From a virus (taxonomy: Duplodnaviria > Caudoviricetes): a stretch of 64,000 bases of DNA. Shown here one piece after another: positions 1 to 11,157 of the stretch. The position numbers and the translations under genes are program-made. The notes under the pieces were generated by a model. That model was not told where the DNA came from. It made no database searches and saw only the letters and a list, made by a program, of their open reading frames with translations. Position 1 is the stretch's first letter. Each line of letters begins with the position of its first letter. The stretch lies in the IMG/VR virus record IMGVR_UViG_3300027708_000013; one strand, given 5' to 3'.

Positions 1-1
1 A

Positions 2-3000
2 TTGCAAGGCGACTTCGCTAACTTTGTTGGTAACGAAATAGGATTCACACCTAGACAATACTTGACAAACTTTGGTATTGATATACCCACACAGGCTAAA
101 TTTTATCAAGGGTTCATTAGACAAAAAGGCACATTAAATTCTATATCAGCATTTACAGCGGCAGGTTTCAATGGCGTAAGCAGCACAATCAATTTGTATG
201 AAGATTGGGCCATGCGTGTGGGCGAGTACGGTGCAACAAACAACAATAGATATGTTGAATTAATACTCAGCGAAGGCGTGTTCAAAGGCGAACCTGCTGT
301 GTTTAATTTTTTAAACAACGGCACCACAGCCACAGACAACATTGTGTCAGTGTATCCCGACAATATATACCGGTCCAGCATTGGGTATTCTCCAACAATC
401 TTTAAAGATAGAGATGACGCAAGTTTTTATGAAAACGATATATTAACTGCCGGTTATGTCAGCGTGGCAGATGTGGACACACAGATATTCAACATACAAG
501 CATATGGACAACTTAATTCGCAAATGGCCAATGTAGCCCCGGGCTACAAAATTTGGGCCGCACAGGACAACGTCAGCTCCAGCTGGGCAGTGTATCGTGT
601 AAACGAAACCAATGTTCTAATAAATTCAGTTTTTTACAATGTTGATTACACCATCACTGCAACTACAAATCGGGCACATGGCTTTGGTCGTGGCGACTAT
701 GTTGTGATCAAAGGATTTGACGGAAGAGTTGATGGTTTTTATCAAGTGTCTTCTGTGGTTGATAATTATAATTTCAATCTAATAATTGATGTCAACAGTT
801 ATCCTGTGCTGAAGTCTGCAGGAACCATCACCGGACTGGGGGTAGTTTATCGATTACAAACAGTGAGAATAAAATCACCTACAGATTTAAACGCCATTAC
901 TCCTTTAAATCAATGGCTGGATGGCGATAAGTTATGGGTTGATGCAGATCAAAATACACCAGGTTGGTTGGTATACAACAAGTCCAGCCCGTGGACCACT
1001 GCCAATGCCAGCGTGGTGACCAGTCCCTTGAGTATGCAGTTGGATGCCAACAGTTACATCAGTAATTCTGGATTCGGCACAGTGTCGACTATAAATCAGG
1101 CAGGAACATTTGCAGCGGCCAGTTTACCTAATTTAGGTATGGGCAATGTAATTGCATTTGTATCCAATGTCACCAATGGTTACAACTTTACCATGGTGGC
1201 CAATCTTGGTGCACCGCCAAGTAATAGTGCAAGTTTGTTTGGCGCCAGTCTACACAGTTCGGGTAATTTATTATATGTAGGAAATCCTGGCAACGGCAGC
1301 ACAGAGTATGGTAGAACACATATCCATAAATTTAATGCTACTGACACTGGTACTCCCACTGTAAACACTACTGCTGTTGCTACCGCTATCCTGCAAGCGT
1401 CGGTTGACGTTGAACCTGGAAAGACTTTATTTAAAACAACAACAGTTGGCGGAAGACCACTGGCAGATGTTAATAATTCCGGCACAGTATCTCCATTGGA
1501 TGCATTGGCATACAATCAATGGATAGGCGGAGTCAACACAAACCCAGGTCAGATTTCTTGGATTACCGGTACTTTACACCCTTATATTCTAGCAAACCCT
1601 GCCACTTATGGCGCATATATTAATGACTTCTTTACTTTATCACAAACATTATCAAGCCCATTCACTGGTAATACTGGAGATCAATTTGGTTACAGTGTAA
1701 GTGCCAGCGATGATGGTACTTGGTTATATGTTGGGGCTCCTGGTGCAGGCAATGTTTATGTATATCATGCCAATACAACCAGTTACTACAGCCTTGCCAA
1801 CACCATTGTGGGCAACAGCTATGTCAGCACAGGCAATGCTGTATCATCACGATTTGGTTATGTAGTCAGCACCACAAGCGAAGGTGACTATACTGCCATT
1901 GGAGCTCCAGGTGAAAGCATCGCAGGAGTATCATCTGCTGGTGCAGTTTATACGTTTAACCGCAGTCAAGAATCATTTATTGCCTCAGGCAACACAGCAT
2001 ATTACCCACAGTATGCTATTTCCGCTAATACTTTATTGGTCACAGTCAATGGCAATGTTGTAACCACTGGATACACCAGCAACAGCAGTGCTGTGACATT
2101 TACAGCAACACCCACAGTGGGAACCACTATCACCATCGATACTAATAAAATACAATTAGTAAAAAAATTAACAGAAACTGTTCCTGGCAGCGGAAATCAA
2201 TTTGGAACAGTGGCACACATATCCGGCAATGACGCAGATGTGTATGCATCAAGTCCCGGTTACAGCGAAGTGGGTTACCACAGTGGTGTTGTTTATAGAT
2301 TTGCCAACTACGGTGCCAATTACGGCACTGTGGCAGGCACAGTATACGATCCAGTGGTCACAGTGGGTCATAACTTGTATATCAATGGACAGTTAGTGAC
2401 GTTTGGTGCCAATGTTGGTGGCAGTTTAGTGGGCAATTTACAATCCATTGTGGCCAACATCAATTCAGCCAACATACCGGGCATCACAGCAACAGCACAA
2501 GATTATGGATTATTGACATTGACCAGCAACGTAGCAGTACCATACAAGAAATTATTAATTACACCAGGTACAGGAACAGCATTGGCCAACATTGGGCTAG
2601 ATGTTTATACCAATGTGCAATCTATCAAACATCCAGGCTCAGCTGATGTCAACGCTTTTGGTAGTCAACTTACATCCAGTGCGGACAGCAACAATTTAAT
2701 AGTCAGTGCCAACAGAGGCCAAACCAACAACGCAATGACTTTTGATCAATTGCTGACTCGCTTTGATGCAGATGCTACGTCATTCAGCGATATGCTACAG
2801 GGTTCGGGAGTGGTATACATTTATGGTTTAGTTGAAGGTTCATTGACATCAACCACACTGGATCAATACGTGTTGGTGCAACAATTACAAAACAACGCAG
2901 TAAGCTCTAATGATCAATTGGGCAGTAGTCTGGCATTGAATGCCAACATATTATTAGTCGGGGCTCCCGGCGATAGTAACCACTTAACGACTGACTCTGT

Positions 3001-6000
3001 GAGTCAAGCATTGACCAGTATTCCCAATGCCGGTACATACTACACATACAAAAACATCAGCGGCAACGTGGGCTGGGATATTATCGGCAGTGAGCAACCA
3101 CAAGTTGACATCAGCAGCATTACTAGAATGTATCTATACAATAACGTTACTGATACCTTGTTGACAAACTTTGATCATATTGATCCGGCCAAAGGCAAGG
3201 TACTAGGTATTGCTGAACAAGATTTAGATTACATTACTTCGTATGATCCGGCCATTTACAATGCCGGTGGTGGCCCCGAAGCCGGTCCCTTGGGCGGAGC
3301 CAGTCCAGACTTCCATTGGGGATCTGCACAAGTTGGGAAAACTTGGTGGGATACCAGCCTGGTTCGTTATGTAGATTATGAGCAGGGCAACTTAACTTAT
3401 CGTGCTAACCACTGGGGCGAAATGTTCCCGGGCAGCACTGTTCAAGTGTGTGAGTGGGTGGCAAGTTCTGTTCCGCCCGACCAATACACCGGCAGTGGCC
3501 AACCGCTTTATACAGAATTTCAATCTTATGTAGAAGAAAACTATGTAGACCAAGCAACCAAAGTTGTACGCACCAGATATTACTTCTGGGTTAAAGATAA
3601 AACCACAGTGCCAACAAATTCAACAAGAAGAAACAGTGTTAAAATTTTACAAGAAATTATTGCCAACCCCACTGCTCAATCGGTTCCCTATGCTGCCGTA
3701 CTACGCAATGATGCTGTAAGTCTTTACAACATAGGCGATTATTTAACTGGTGCTGGCAACACAGTGGTATTCCATGCTGACACAGATGCATTAATTAACA
3801 ACAATATCATGCATAACGAGTGGCAATTGGTTCAAGAAGGCAACAGCAACAGTTTGATTCCCACCAGGATTGTTGAAAAAATAATTGACAGTTTGGCTGG
3901 AGTGGACCAGTATGGCAACACAATCCCAGACGCAACATTAACACCACAAACAAGAATTGGGTTAGACTTTACTCAAACTGTATTTGTTGACAGAATGACA
4001 GCGTTGAAAAACTTTGTTGAATATGTCAATAACGTAATGATACAATATCCCATTGTAGAGCAACGCAACATCAACAATTTATACAGTGCAGAAGCTCAAC
4101 CTGCAGATACTGAGTATGATCTTGCTATTGCTACTCGGGCAGAACTAGATTACATCAACACAGCAACAACATTATCAAATTATACTGTGCTGGTGATCAA
4201 TAACGAAACACAAAACGGACTTTGGACTGTGCATACATGGACAGGTACAGCGTGGAGCACGGTGCGTACTCAAAGTTACTACACTCCGTTTTACTGGAGT
4301 TTTGCTGACTGGTACGACAGTACCTACAACTCCAGCGACACTGTAAAATATTTGGCCAACACCTACGCTGATCTAGCCACATTGACAGCCTCGGCAAATG
4401 ACACTGCTCAAGTAGCCAACAGAGGTAACGGTGAATTTGCTGTGTATCGTTACAACGGTTCTGCCTGGGACTTGGTGGGACTTGAAAACGGTACCATTCA
4501 ATACAACAGTACATTGTACACCACTGATGTGGCTGCTAATGAAATCAGAATACTATTTGAAACCATACGTGACAGTATTTTTGTTGATACACTAATTGGT
4601 AATTTCAATGGTCTGTTCTTTTATTTGATTAACTATGTACTAACCGAACAAAAATCTGTAGATTGGGTATTTAAAACCAGCTTTGTCACAGTGTTGCATC
4701 AGCTGAAAAAATTAGAACAGTTCCCTGCGTATATTCAAGACAACCAAACATACTACGAGAATTATATCAACGAAGTTAAGCCGTATAGAACCAGCATACG
4801 TGAATACTTGATCAACTATCAAGGTACCGATGATTTCACTGGCGATATTACAGACTTTGATATCCCAGCAACTTATATTGCCAATATCAATGCTTATCGT
4901 AGTCCTGATGGTAGTTTGCCGTCAGATGCTTACAGTTTAGCCACATTGCCGCAGTACAGTCAATGGAACAACAATCACAGTTACAGCATCAACACTGTCA
5001 CTGTGAGCAACTCAGGTGCCAACTACTATACAACTCCTACAATCACAGTGACAGGCGGTGGCGGCACAGGCGCCAATATACAAGCAGTTCTTGACGTGGC
5101 CAGCAATACCATTGCTAGATTTGACGTAGTTGATTCAGGATCAGGCTATACTTCTACTCCTACCATACAGATCAATGGGTCAGGTGTAAATGCTGCTGGA
5201 TATCCAAAATTGGTGTCAGAGCAGTTCATTACCAGTGTACCTGTGCAGACTATAACCACTGTGGGCAACGCTGTGATTTATGTTGGCAACATTGTTACTC
5301 AACCCAACACAGGTGCATCAGGAGTTGCTTACTCAGCTTCAACAGGCAACATTATTACTTTAAAAGATGTTGTTGGTACATTTGTCAGCAACCAATGGTT
5401 GTTCAGCGACTCCAGTAATTTATCAATACGTCCAGGTGTAGCCACAGTGTCAATGAAATTGACCGGCAATCTCGTTGCCTACACAGGCAATATTATTAAT
5501 CAACCGGGCAGTGGTGCACAGGCAGAAGTATACTACAATACCACAGGAAATGTTGTATCACTGTGGAATTATTCAGGAACTTTTGTTGGTAACGCATATC
5601 TATATAGAAACGGGTCAAACCTCAATATTAAGCCTGCGTATTATACTGTTTCCACAGTGACACCTGTTGGTTCTTATACTGCATTTGAGGATCAAAGCTA
5701 CAACAAAGTTAGAACATTTACTACACATGTGAAATTTGATAGAACCACTTATACCAGCAATATATCAGCATGGCAACCCAACGTCACAGTGTCGGCCAAT
5801 TCGCGTGTGAGTTATCAAGGCAGTGCATACCAAGCCAACTCCACAGTATACAGCAGTGCTACACTTAAATTAAGCAGTAATATTTCAGCCACAGTGGGTG
5901 ACTATGTAACACAAGGTAACAATGTCAGTGCCAATGCTAGAATTGTTTCAATTGCCAGCAACAGTTTAATCACAGTGGCCAATTTAACTGGTAATTTTTT

Positions 6001-7489
6001 ACGACGCACCGGTAATATTGCAATCAACGGCATCACTTCTGTAGCCAGTCCTGTGGCAGTTACAAATATATTTGATTATGGAAAATATTCATTATTGTCA
6101 ACTGCTAATTTAAGCAATGCCAGTGATCGCATTACTGCTGCTTATCAACCTGGATCGGGTATGCCGGGTTTAGATTTGGCACAGTTGATGTCGGGCATAG
6201 AATATCCAGGTGTACAAGTGCAAGGCGTAAAATTTGGAGCCACAACTTCAAATATCGCATCTAACATACTGTATTTTTACAGTAACACTTCAACACTGTA
6301 CAGTTCTAACGTGGCCGTGCTTGATTTTACTACCTACGGGCTACAACCAACATTGCCCATATCTATTGTTAATCTTGACACCGGGTTGAGAAGCAATGTC
6401 ACAATATTAAATGTCACAACTGGATCAATGTTCCTGGTGGGTGCAATGGCCAATATCGCATTGGGTGCCAACATCAGTATTGTGTATTATGATTACAACG
6501 ATCCTGCCTACTTAGACACCAACATACAAAGTTTTTATCGTGACTCTGCACTCGGCACCCGTGCCGAAGATATCAACGTTGATGGCGGTGGATACTACGA
6601 CACTTATAGCAGTCATGCTCCTGAGGAATTGATACCAGGAGTGACATTTGACAGTTTAAACATGATGGTGTATACACAAACTGGGAATGCCAATGTGGGT
6701 TATCGTGTGGTTCACAACATGTCGGCCAATGCGGCCAGTGTCAGCACACAGTATTGGCCTCAGTACTACGCTATTTTCTCAGCCAATACCACTGCACTGT
6801 CGGCAAATTTAAACATCACTGACAGTAATGTATATGTAACCAGTACCGCTGGATTGGCTACACCGTTGCCACAGTATACACAACCGGGTGTAATTTATGT
6901 CAACGGCGAAAAAATTACTTACTATACAATTGATAGAGTTAACAATGTATTGGGACAGCTACGTCGAGGGGTAGATGGCACCGGAGCACCTGTAGTTCAT
7001 CCAGCAGGAACAGCAGTGGTTGAATCATCTGTAAATCAGCTGATACCAACCAGTACCACACGTGGTGCCAATGTGCATCTTGGCAGTTGGTTAAACTTAA
7101 AAGTATCTGCCAATGTATCAATATTAGATGATAACTTATCCAATGATATAGTGGACAACATTTCCAATAACATAACTTCGTACCCGCAGGATCTACTAGA
7201 ATATCTAACATTGAACACAAATGCCACTGTGACTGTGGGAAATACCATTGCCCAATTGGCAACAGGTGCATCGGGTGTGGTAGCAGCCAACAGCACCGGA
7301 ATCACTGTTACAATATGGGCCGCCAATGCAACTGGAGCTTTCTCGTCCAATATCTTGGCCAACACCTATGTTTACAGAAATGGTGCCAATTTAACTGCCA
7401 AAACTGTGGGTATTTCCTACGACACAGTGGATGGCACAGGATTGGCTGGCAGTAACACAACTCAAGCTGTGTTTATTAGAGGGTATTAA
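2..7489 (+). CDS. Large virion structural protein, probable baseplate wedge subunit (5'-truncated by window edge)
   Basis: 2495-aa open frame running off the left edge. FG-GAP-like repeats (GDQFGYSVS..LYVGAPG, SRFGYVVS..AIGAPG, DQLGSSLA..LLVGAPG), a TPTITVTGGGGTGA segment like T4-type baseplate proteins, N/T/S-rich beta composition, and position directly upstream of the tail fibre genes. Confidence 0.7.
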   Translation: MQGDFANFVGNEIGFTPRQYLTNFGIDIPTQAKFYQGFIRQKGTLNSISAFTAAGFNGVSSTINLYEDWAMRVGEYGATNNNRYVELILSEGVFKGEPAVFNFLNNGTTATDNIVSVYPDNIYRSSIGYSPTIFKDRDDASFYENDILTAGYVSVADVDTQIFNIQAYGQLNSQMANVAPGYKIWAAQDNVSSSWAVYRVNETNVLINSVFYNVDYTITATTNRAHGFGRGDYVVIKGFDGRVDGFYQVSSVVDNYNFNLIIDVNSYPVLKSAGTITGLGVVYRLQTVRIKSPTDLNAITPLNQWLDGDKLWVDADQNTPGWLVYNKSSPWTTANASVVTSPLSMQLDANSYISNSGFGTVSTINQAGTFAAASLPNLGMGNVIAFVSNVTNGYNFTMVANLGAPPSNSASLFGASLHSSGNLLYVGNPGNGSTEYGRTHIHKFNATDTGTPTVNTTAVATAILQASVDVEPGKTLFKTTTVGGRPLADVNNSGTVSPLDALAYNQWIGGVNTNPGQISWITGTLHPYILANPATYGAYINDFFTLSQTLSSPFTGNTGDQFGYSVSASDDGTWLYVGAPGAGNVYVYHANTTSYYSLANTIVGNSYVSTGNAVSSRFGYVVSTTSEGDYTAIGAPGESIAGVSSAGAVYTFNRSQESFIASGNTAYYPQYAISANTLLVTVNGNVVTTGYTSNSSAVTFTATPTVGTTITIDTNKIQLVKKLTETVPGSGNQFGTVAHISGNDADVYASSPGYSEVGYHSGVVYRFANYGANYGTVAGTVYDPVVTVGHNLYINGQLVTFGANVGGSLVGNLQSIVANINSANIPGITATAQDYGLLTLTSNVAVPYKKLLITPGTGTALANIGLDVYTNVQSIKHPGSADVNAFGSQLTSSADSNNLIVSANRGQTNNAMTFDQLLTRFDADATSFSDMLQGSGVVYIYGLVEGSLTSTTLDQYVLVQQLQNNAVSSNDQLGSSLALNANILLVGAPGDSNHLTTDSVSQALTSIPNAGTYYTYKNISGNVGWDIIGSEQPQVDISSITRMYLYNNVTDTLLTNFDHIDPAKGKVLGIAEQDLDYITSYDPAIYNAGGGPEAGPLGGASPDFHWGSAQVGKTWWDTSLVRYVDYEQGNLTYRANHWGEMFPGSTVQVCEWVASSVPPDQYTGSGQPLYTEFQSYVEENYVDQATKVVRTRYYFWVKDKTTVPTNSTRRNSVKILQEIIANPTAQSVPYAAVLRNDAVSLYNIGDYLTGAGNTVVFHADTDALINNNIMHNEWQLVQEGNSNSLIPTRIVEKIIDSLAGVDQYGNTIPDATLTPQTRIGLDFTQTVFVDRMTALKNFVEYVNNVMIQYPIVEQRNINNLYSAEAQPADTEYDLAIATRAELDYINTATTLSNYTVLVINNETQNGLWTVHTWTGTAWSTVRTQSYYTPFYWSFADWYDSTYNSSDTVKYLANTYADLATLTASANDTAQVANRGNGEFAVYRYNGSAWDLVGLENGTIQYNSTLYTTDVAANEIRILFETIRDSIFVDTLIGNFNGLFFYLINYVLTEQKSVDWVFKTSFVTVLHQLKKLEQFPAYIQDNQTYYENYINEVKPYRTSIREYLINYQGTDDFTGDITDFDIPATYIANINAYRSPDGSLPSDAYSLATLPQYSQWNNNHSYSINTVTVSNSGANYYTTPTITVTGGGGTGANIQAVLDVASNTIARFDVVDSGSGYTSTPTIQINGSGVNAAGYPKLVSEQFITSVPVQTITTVGNAVIYVGNIVTQPNTGASGVAYSASTGNIITLKDVVGTFVSNQWLFSDSSNLSIRPGVATVSMKLTGNLVAYTGNIINQPGSGAQAEVYYNTTGNVVSLWNYSGTFVGNAYLYRNGSNLNIKPAYYTVSTVTPVGSYTAFEDQSYNKVRTFTTHVKFDRTTYTSNISAWQPNVTVSANSRVSYQGSAYQANSTVYSSATLKLSSNISATVGDYVTQGNNVSANARIVSIASNSLITVANLTGNFLRRTGNIAINGITSVASPVAVTNIFDYGKYSLLSTANLSNASDRITAAYQPGSGMPGLDLAQLMSGIEYPGVQVQGVKFGATTSNIASNILYFYSNTSTLYSSNVAVLDFTTYGLQPTLPISIVNLDTGLRSNVTILNVTTGSMFLVGAMANIALGANISIVYYDYNDPAYLDTNIQSFYRDSALGTRAEDINVDGGGYYDTYSSHAPEELIPGVTFDSLNMMVYTQTGNANVGYRVVHNMSANAASVSTQYWPQYYAIFSANTTALSANLNITDSNVYVTSTAGLATPLPQYTQPGVIYVNGEKITYYTIDRVNNVLGQLRRGVDGTGAPVVHPAGTAVVESSVNQLIPTSTTRGANVHLGSWLNLKVSANVSILDDNLSNDIVDNISNNITSYPQDLLEYLTLNTNATVTVGNTIAQLATGASGVVAANSTGITVTIWAANATGAFSSNILANTYVYRNGANLTAKTVGISYDTVDGTGLAGSNTTQAVFIRGY

Positions 7490-7494
7490 TGCAA

Positions 7495-7500
7495 TAAATA
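7495..7500 (+). promoter_or_regulatory. Late-type promoter core TAAATA (T4 late TATAAATA-like)
   Basis: caaTAAATA in the 7490-7523 intergenic gap. The same hexamer recurs at gene boundaries: 9265, 13111, 35411, 37481, 62713 (+) and 42990, 45825, 51726, 53068, 55492, 61335, 62668 (-). Confidence 0.6.
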
Positions 7501-7523
7501 TAACAATAGAGAAATGAAATAAT

Positions 7524-8570
7524 ATGGCAACAATAACCATCACCGCACTACCACTAAGCACCACAATGACAGATGCCACATATCTGCCGGTGGACAACGC
7601 TGCTGTAACCCAAAAAATCACTGGGTTATCGCTAAAAACCTACATGACCACCTTGCCAAACTTGACGGTTGCCGGCACCATTGGTGGAACTTTGACCACT
7701 GCTACACAACCCAATATTGCTACATTGGGTGTATTGACTGGGGTCAGCACCACAGGGCAAATAGTCAGCACCCTTGCCACTGGAACAGCTCCACTGGCCG
7801 TTGCCAGTACGACCCTTGTAGCAAATTTGTACACAGCCAGAAGTGCCCTAGCAGATGCAACCACCAATGGTGTCACTGTCACAACTGCATTGAATACACG
7901 ATCCGGCAGCGACATGTCGCTCACTGGCAACATTGGTAATATTACTGCTGTATTAAACACCGTAAACAGTTACCCCGGTACTTGGGGAGGAACTGCCAGT
8001 GGAATATATCAAATTCCAAATTTAACAGTAAACGCCAAAGGACTAATAACCTATGCTGGCAATACTGCATTAAATTTAACTGCATCAGCAGTTACTAATT
8101 TAGCAGGCACCGCCAATCAAATCACAGTCACCGGCGGCAATGTTGGGGCATTGACTCTAAGTATACCCAGTCAACTGAATGTTACTAATATTTCTGCTGC
8201 TAACGTAGCGTCTACAACTGTGTACGACAACAGCAATCGTGTATTAACGTCGGTCACTGTGACAGCAGGTACAGGCATGAGTGGTGGCGGAACTGTTGCC
8301 GGACCAACTGGTTCAGTAACTTTAAATAATTCTGGAATACTTAGTGTTACCAGTGGCGGAGGGCTAAGTGTTGCCACAGTGTCGGGTGCGGTTACAATAA
8401 CCAACACAGGTGTAACCGGAGTCAACGGCGGGTCGGGAGTTGCTGTTAGTGCCGCAACAGGTGCTGTGACAATTTCTCTTGCCAGCGGCTACAACGGTTA
8501 TGGGGCACGAGTCATAAGTTCGGGAACACCGTCGGGCGGTAGTGATGGTGATATCTGGTACAGGATTTAA
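7524..8570 (+). CDS. Tail fibre-like protein
   Basis: T/G/V-rich repeats (GVTGVNGGSGVAVS) and a C-terminal SDGDIWYRI end typical of phage fibre tips. Confidence 0.7.
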   Translation: MATITITALPLSTTMTDATYLPVDNAAVTQKITGLSLKTYMTTLPNLTVAGTIGGTLTTATQPNIATLGVLTGVSTTGQIVSTLATGTAPLAVASTTLVANLYTARSALADATTNGVTVTTALNTRSGSDMSLTGNIGNITAVLNTVNSYPGTWGGTASGIYQIPNLTVNAKGLITYAGNTALNLTASAVTNLAGTANQITVTGGNVGALTLSIPSQLNVTNISAANVASTTVYDNSNRVLTSVTVTAGTGMSGGGTVAGPTGSVTLNNSGILSVTSGGGLSVATVSGAVTITNTGVTGVNGGSGVAVSAATGAVTISLASGYNGYGARVISSGTPSGGSDGDIWYRI

Positions 8571-8573
8571 TCA

Positions 8574-9254
8574 ATGCCACAAGTCTATGTGCGTAATTCT
8601 GGTGTCTGGACAGAACCTAAAGAGATTTTTGTTCGTGCCAATGGCGGATGGAATACAGTTCGCGAGGTTTACGTGAATTCCAATGGCAATTGGCTACTTA
8701 CTTATCCTGTTCACGGCAGTCAATTTCTTAACTCAGGTTCGGGTACATTTACTGTTCCGTCAGGAATATATAGCCTAACAGTGTCCTATCCCACTGCTGG
8801 TGGAATCGTATCACAAGGTTTCTCAGTGACACCGGGTGATGCCTTTGCTTACAACATAGCTGACTTTGGCAGCGCCAGTACATTTGGTGGTATAACAGCT
8901 CCGGTGTTTGACACACAGGTTTATTCTCGCAGTGGTAATGTCGATGCTGTGTTGGTAATAACCACCAGTTGTGCCGGAGCCCAGAGTTTTCAAATAAATG
9001 CCGAAAGCAATCATGGCACACTGGGCAAAAATCTATCATTAACTCCAGTTCTATTGGAGGTATGCCAAGGAGATTTACAGGTGTATAACAGCTACTACAG
9101 CGGTAGAGGCACCATCAGTGGTGGCGGGACTCCTTATCTCAGTGGAGACAGTTATTATTTTCAAGTCTCCATTGGAGATCCGCAAAACAGTGAAGGTTAT
9201 CACGTAGACCGTTGGAATTTGAGACAACGTGTGCCATTTACAGTTTCGTGGTGA
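8574..9254 (+). CDS. Putative fibre-tip adhesin/virion protein
   Basis: N-terminal Trp-spaced repeat (VRNSGVW..VRANGGW..VNSNGNW) paralogous to the N-terminus of 11158..13113. Confidence 0.55.
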   Translation: MPQVYVRNSGVWTEPKEIFVRANGGWNTVREVYVNSNGNWLLTYPVHGSQFLNSGSGTFTVPSGIYSLTVSYPTAGGIVSQGFSVTPGDAFAYNIADFGSASTFGGITAPVFDTQVYSRSGNVDAVLVITTSCAGAQSFQINAESNHGTLGKNLSLTPVLLEVCQGDLQVYNSYYSGRGTISGGGTPYLSGDSYYFQVSIGDPQNSEGYHVDRWNLRQRVPFTVSW

Positions 9255-9264
9255 TAAAACACAA

Positions 9265-9270
9265 TAAATA
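9265..9270 (+). promoter_or_regulatory. Late-type promoter core TAAATA
   Basis: caaTAAATA 22 nt upstream of the ATG at 9293. Confidence 0.55.
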
Positions 9271-9292
9271 TATAGATATAATTAGGTACCTT

Positions 9293-9985
9293 ATGACACA
9301 CACTACTCAACAACCCAAAACTACACAGCCAGAACGTCAACCCGACGATGTAGGCGGAATATATGTTCGTGGACATATCAAAATTTCTGATCCAGAAACC
9401 AAAGAAGTTTTGGTGGATAAATCAAATGCCATACACTACGAAAACATCAGTCAAGCCATTGCCTACTGTTTGTCCAATAAAAATGGAACAAACGGTAATT
9501 TCATCTATGAAATGCGATTTGGCAACGGTGGATCCAGTATAGATCCAACCGGAGTTATTACTTATTTGCCACCCAACACCACTACTCAAAACAGTAACTT
9601 GTACAATCCCACTTATAGTAAAATTGTTGATGACACAACCAGTGCCAATCTAGACCCCACAAGAAACTACATACAAATTCGTCATGTGCCCGGCACAGTT
9701 TACACTGATATATTGGTGAGTTGCTTGCTAGACTACGGTGAGCCTGCTGGCCAAAGTGCATTTGACAACAGTCAAACCCTGGCAGATACATACACATTTG
9801 ATGAATTGGGCCTTGTAGGCAGAGATCCCGCTGGAACAACAGATGTATCGGGCAGTGGAACATTTACATCTGATGCTGGACCCTTGTTGACGCATGTGAT
9901 TTTCCATCCAGTACAAAAAGCATTGAACAGATTGATTCAAGTTGATTACACAGTGAGAATCCAAACTTTAACTAATTTAAGCTAG
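9293..9985 (+). CDS. Virion structural protein (baseplate/tail associated)
   Basis: Start moved from 9212 to ATG 9293 (after TAAATA and an AGG element). Lies in the structural operon; motifs MRFGNGG and FDELGL. Function inferred from context. Confidence 0.55.
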   Translation: MTHTTQQPKTTQPERQPDDVGGIYVRGHIKISDPETKEVLVDKSNAIHYENISQAIAYCLSNKNGTNGNFIYEMRFGNGGSSIDPTGVITYLPPNTTTQNSNLYNPTYSKIVDDTTSANLDPTRNYIQIRHVPGTVYTDILVSCLLDYGEPAGQSAFDNSQTLADTYTFDELGLVGRDPAGTTDVSGSGTFTSDAGPLLTHVIFHPVQKALNRLIQVDYTVRIQTLTNLS

Positions 9986-9993
9986 GATAAAAC

Positions 9994-11154
9994 ATGAGCT
10001 ATACTATTACCCAAACAGATGGAACAATAATATTACAGTTACCCGACGGCACAGCCGACGGACCTGATGTCAACCCCGGATTAAATAAAACTGACATCAA
10101 TTTGATTGGTAAAAATTATGCCACATACGGTTTGATACAAAATGAAAATTTTATAAAATTATTACAAAATTTTGCCTATGATACTCCACCGTTAAATCCT
10201 TTGACAGGAGAAATATGGTACGATACATCCACTAGTTTCTTAAAGGTATATTCGGGCAACACATGGACAGCAGTGAGTCCACTAACTGTGTCAGACACAC
10301 AACCCACTTCAACAGTCATTGGTGCTGAATGGTGGGACACGGTAAATTATCAACTTAAAATGTTCAACGGCAGCACTTGGACTACAATTGGTCCTGGTTA
10401 CAGTCAAGTGGATGGCGTTTCTGGTGCCATTGTTGATCACATAATAGATACCGGCAATATCAGTCACACTGTGATTAAAATGTATATCAATGGTGTGATA
10501 ACCAGTATTATTAGCAACGATGCAGCTTTTACTCCACTGTCAGCCTTGACAGGATTTGCTACAATACAAACAGGTATCAACATGAGCACTGCCCTTTCAG
10601 GCATTTTCATTGGTACAGCCACTAACAGTCAAAACTTGGGCAACATTGTTGCTACCAACTATGCAAGAACTGACATCACTTCCTCCTTTGCGGCCAACAT
10701 ATCAATCGGTGGCGGAAACTTTACATTTAAATCAGCCCCGGGCGGTGCAGCTTCCATCGGCAATCCTGTACTAGGTGCCAATATCACTTTATACAACAAT
10801 GTTAGTGGAATTACTACACCAACTGTAACGATTGATGGTGCAACTGGGTTAGTAACAGTGGCAGGAGATCCCATCTCTAACACAGGTGTTGCAACAAAAA
10901 ATTATGTTGACACCAGCATAGTCACAGCAACTACTCCATTGGCACCCATAGCCAGTGCAACACTAACAGGTACTCCCAACTCGACTACACCTGTAGCTAC
11001 AGACAACACCACTAGAATTGCAACAACAGCATTTACACAAGCGGCCATTGCGGCCAGTACACAGGCACTGTGGCAAGGCAGTCATCAATTTGTCAGCACA
11101 GTGACTCCCACTGTATTAGATGGTAGTGTGGGAGATTTTTGGTTTCAAATCTAA
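9994..11154 (+). CDS. Tail fibre protein
   Basis: N-terminus paralogous to 13138 (GPD..D/S.NLIGKN.A.YG...NENFIKLL.NFA). Fibre repeats ATKNYVD and LTGTP..TT..ATDNTTRIATTAF; ends GDFWFQI. Confidence 0.75.
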   Translation: MSYTITQTDGTIILQLPDGTADGPDVNPGLNKTDINLIGKNYATYGLIQNENFIKLLQNFAYDTPPLNPLTGEIWYDTSTSFLKVYSGNTWTAVSPLTVSDTQPTSTVIGAEWWDTVNYQLKMFNGSTWTTIGPGYSQVDGVSGAIVDHIIDTGNISHTVIKMYINGVITSIISNDAAFTPLSALTGFATIQTGINMSTALSGIFIGTATNSQNLGNIVATNYARTDITSSFAANISIGGGNFTFKSAPGGAASIGNPVLGANITLYNNVSGITTPTVTIDGATGLVTVAGDPISNTGVATKNYVDTSIVTATTPLAPIASATLTGTPNSTTPVATDNTTRIATTAFTQAAIAASTQALWQGSHQFVSTVTPTVLDGSVGDFWFQI

Positions 11155-11157
11155 ACT

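Noticed and set aside
9212-9292. Longer starts in the ORF track (9212, 21634, 28582, 37474, 39697, 48441, 53848, 62681)
   Set aside because: Downstream ATGs fit RBS or promoter position and stop-start coupling better, so the starts were revised.
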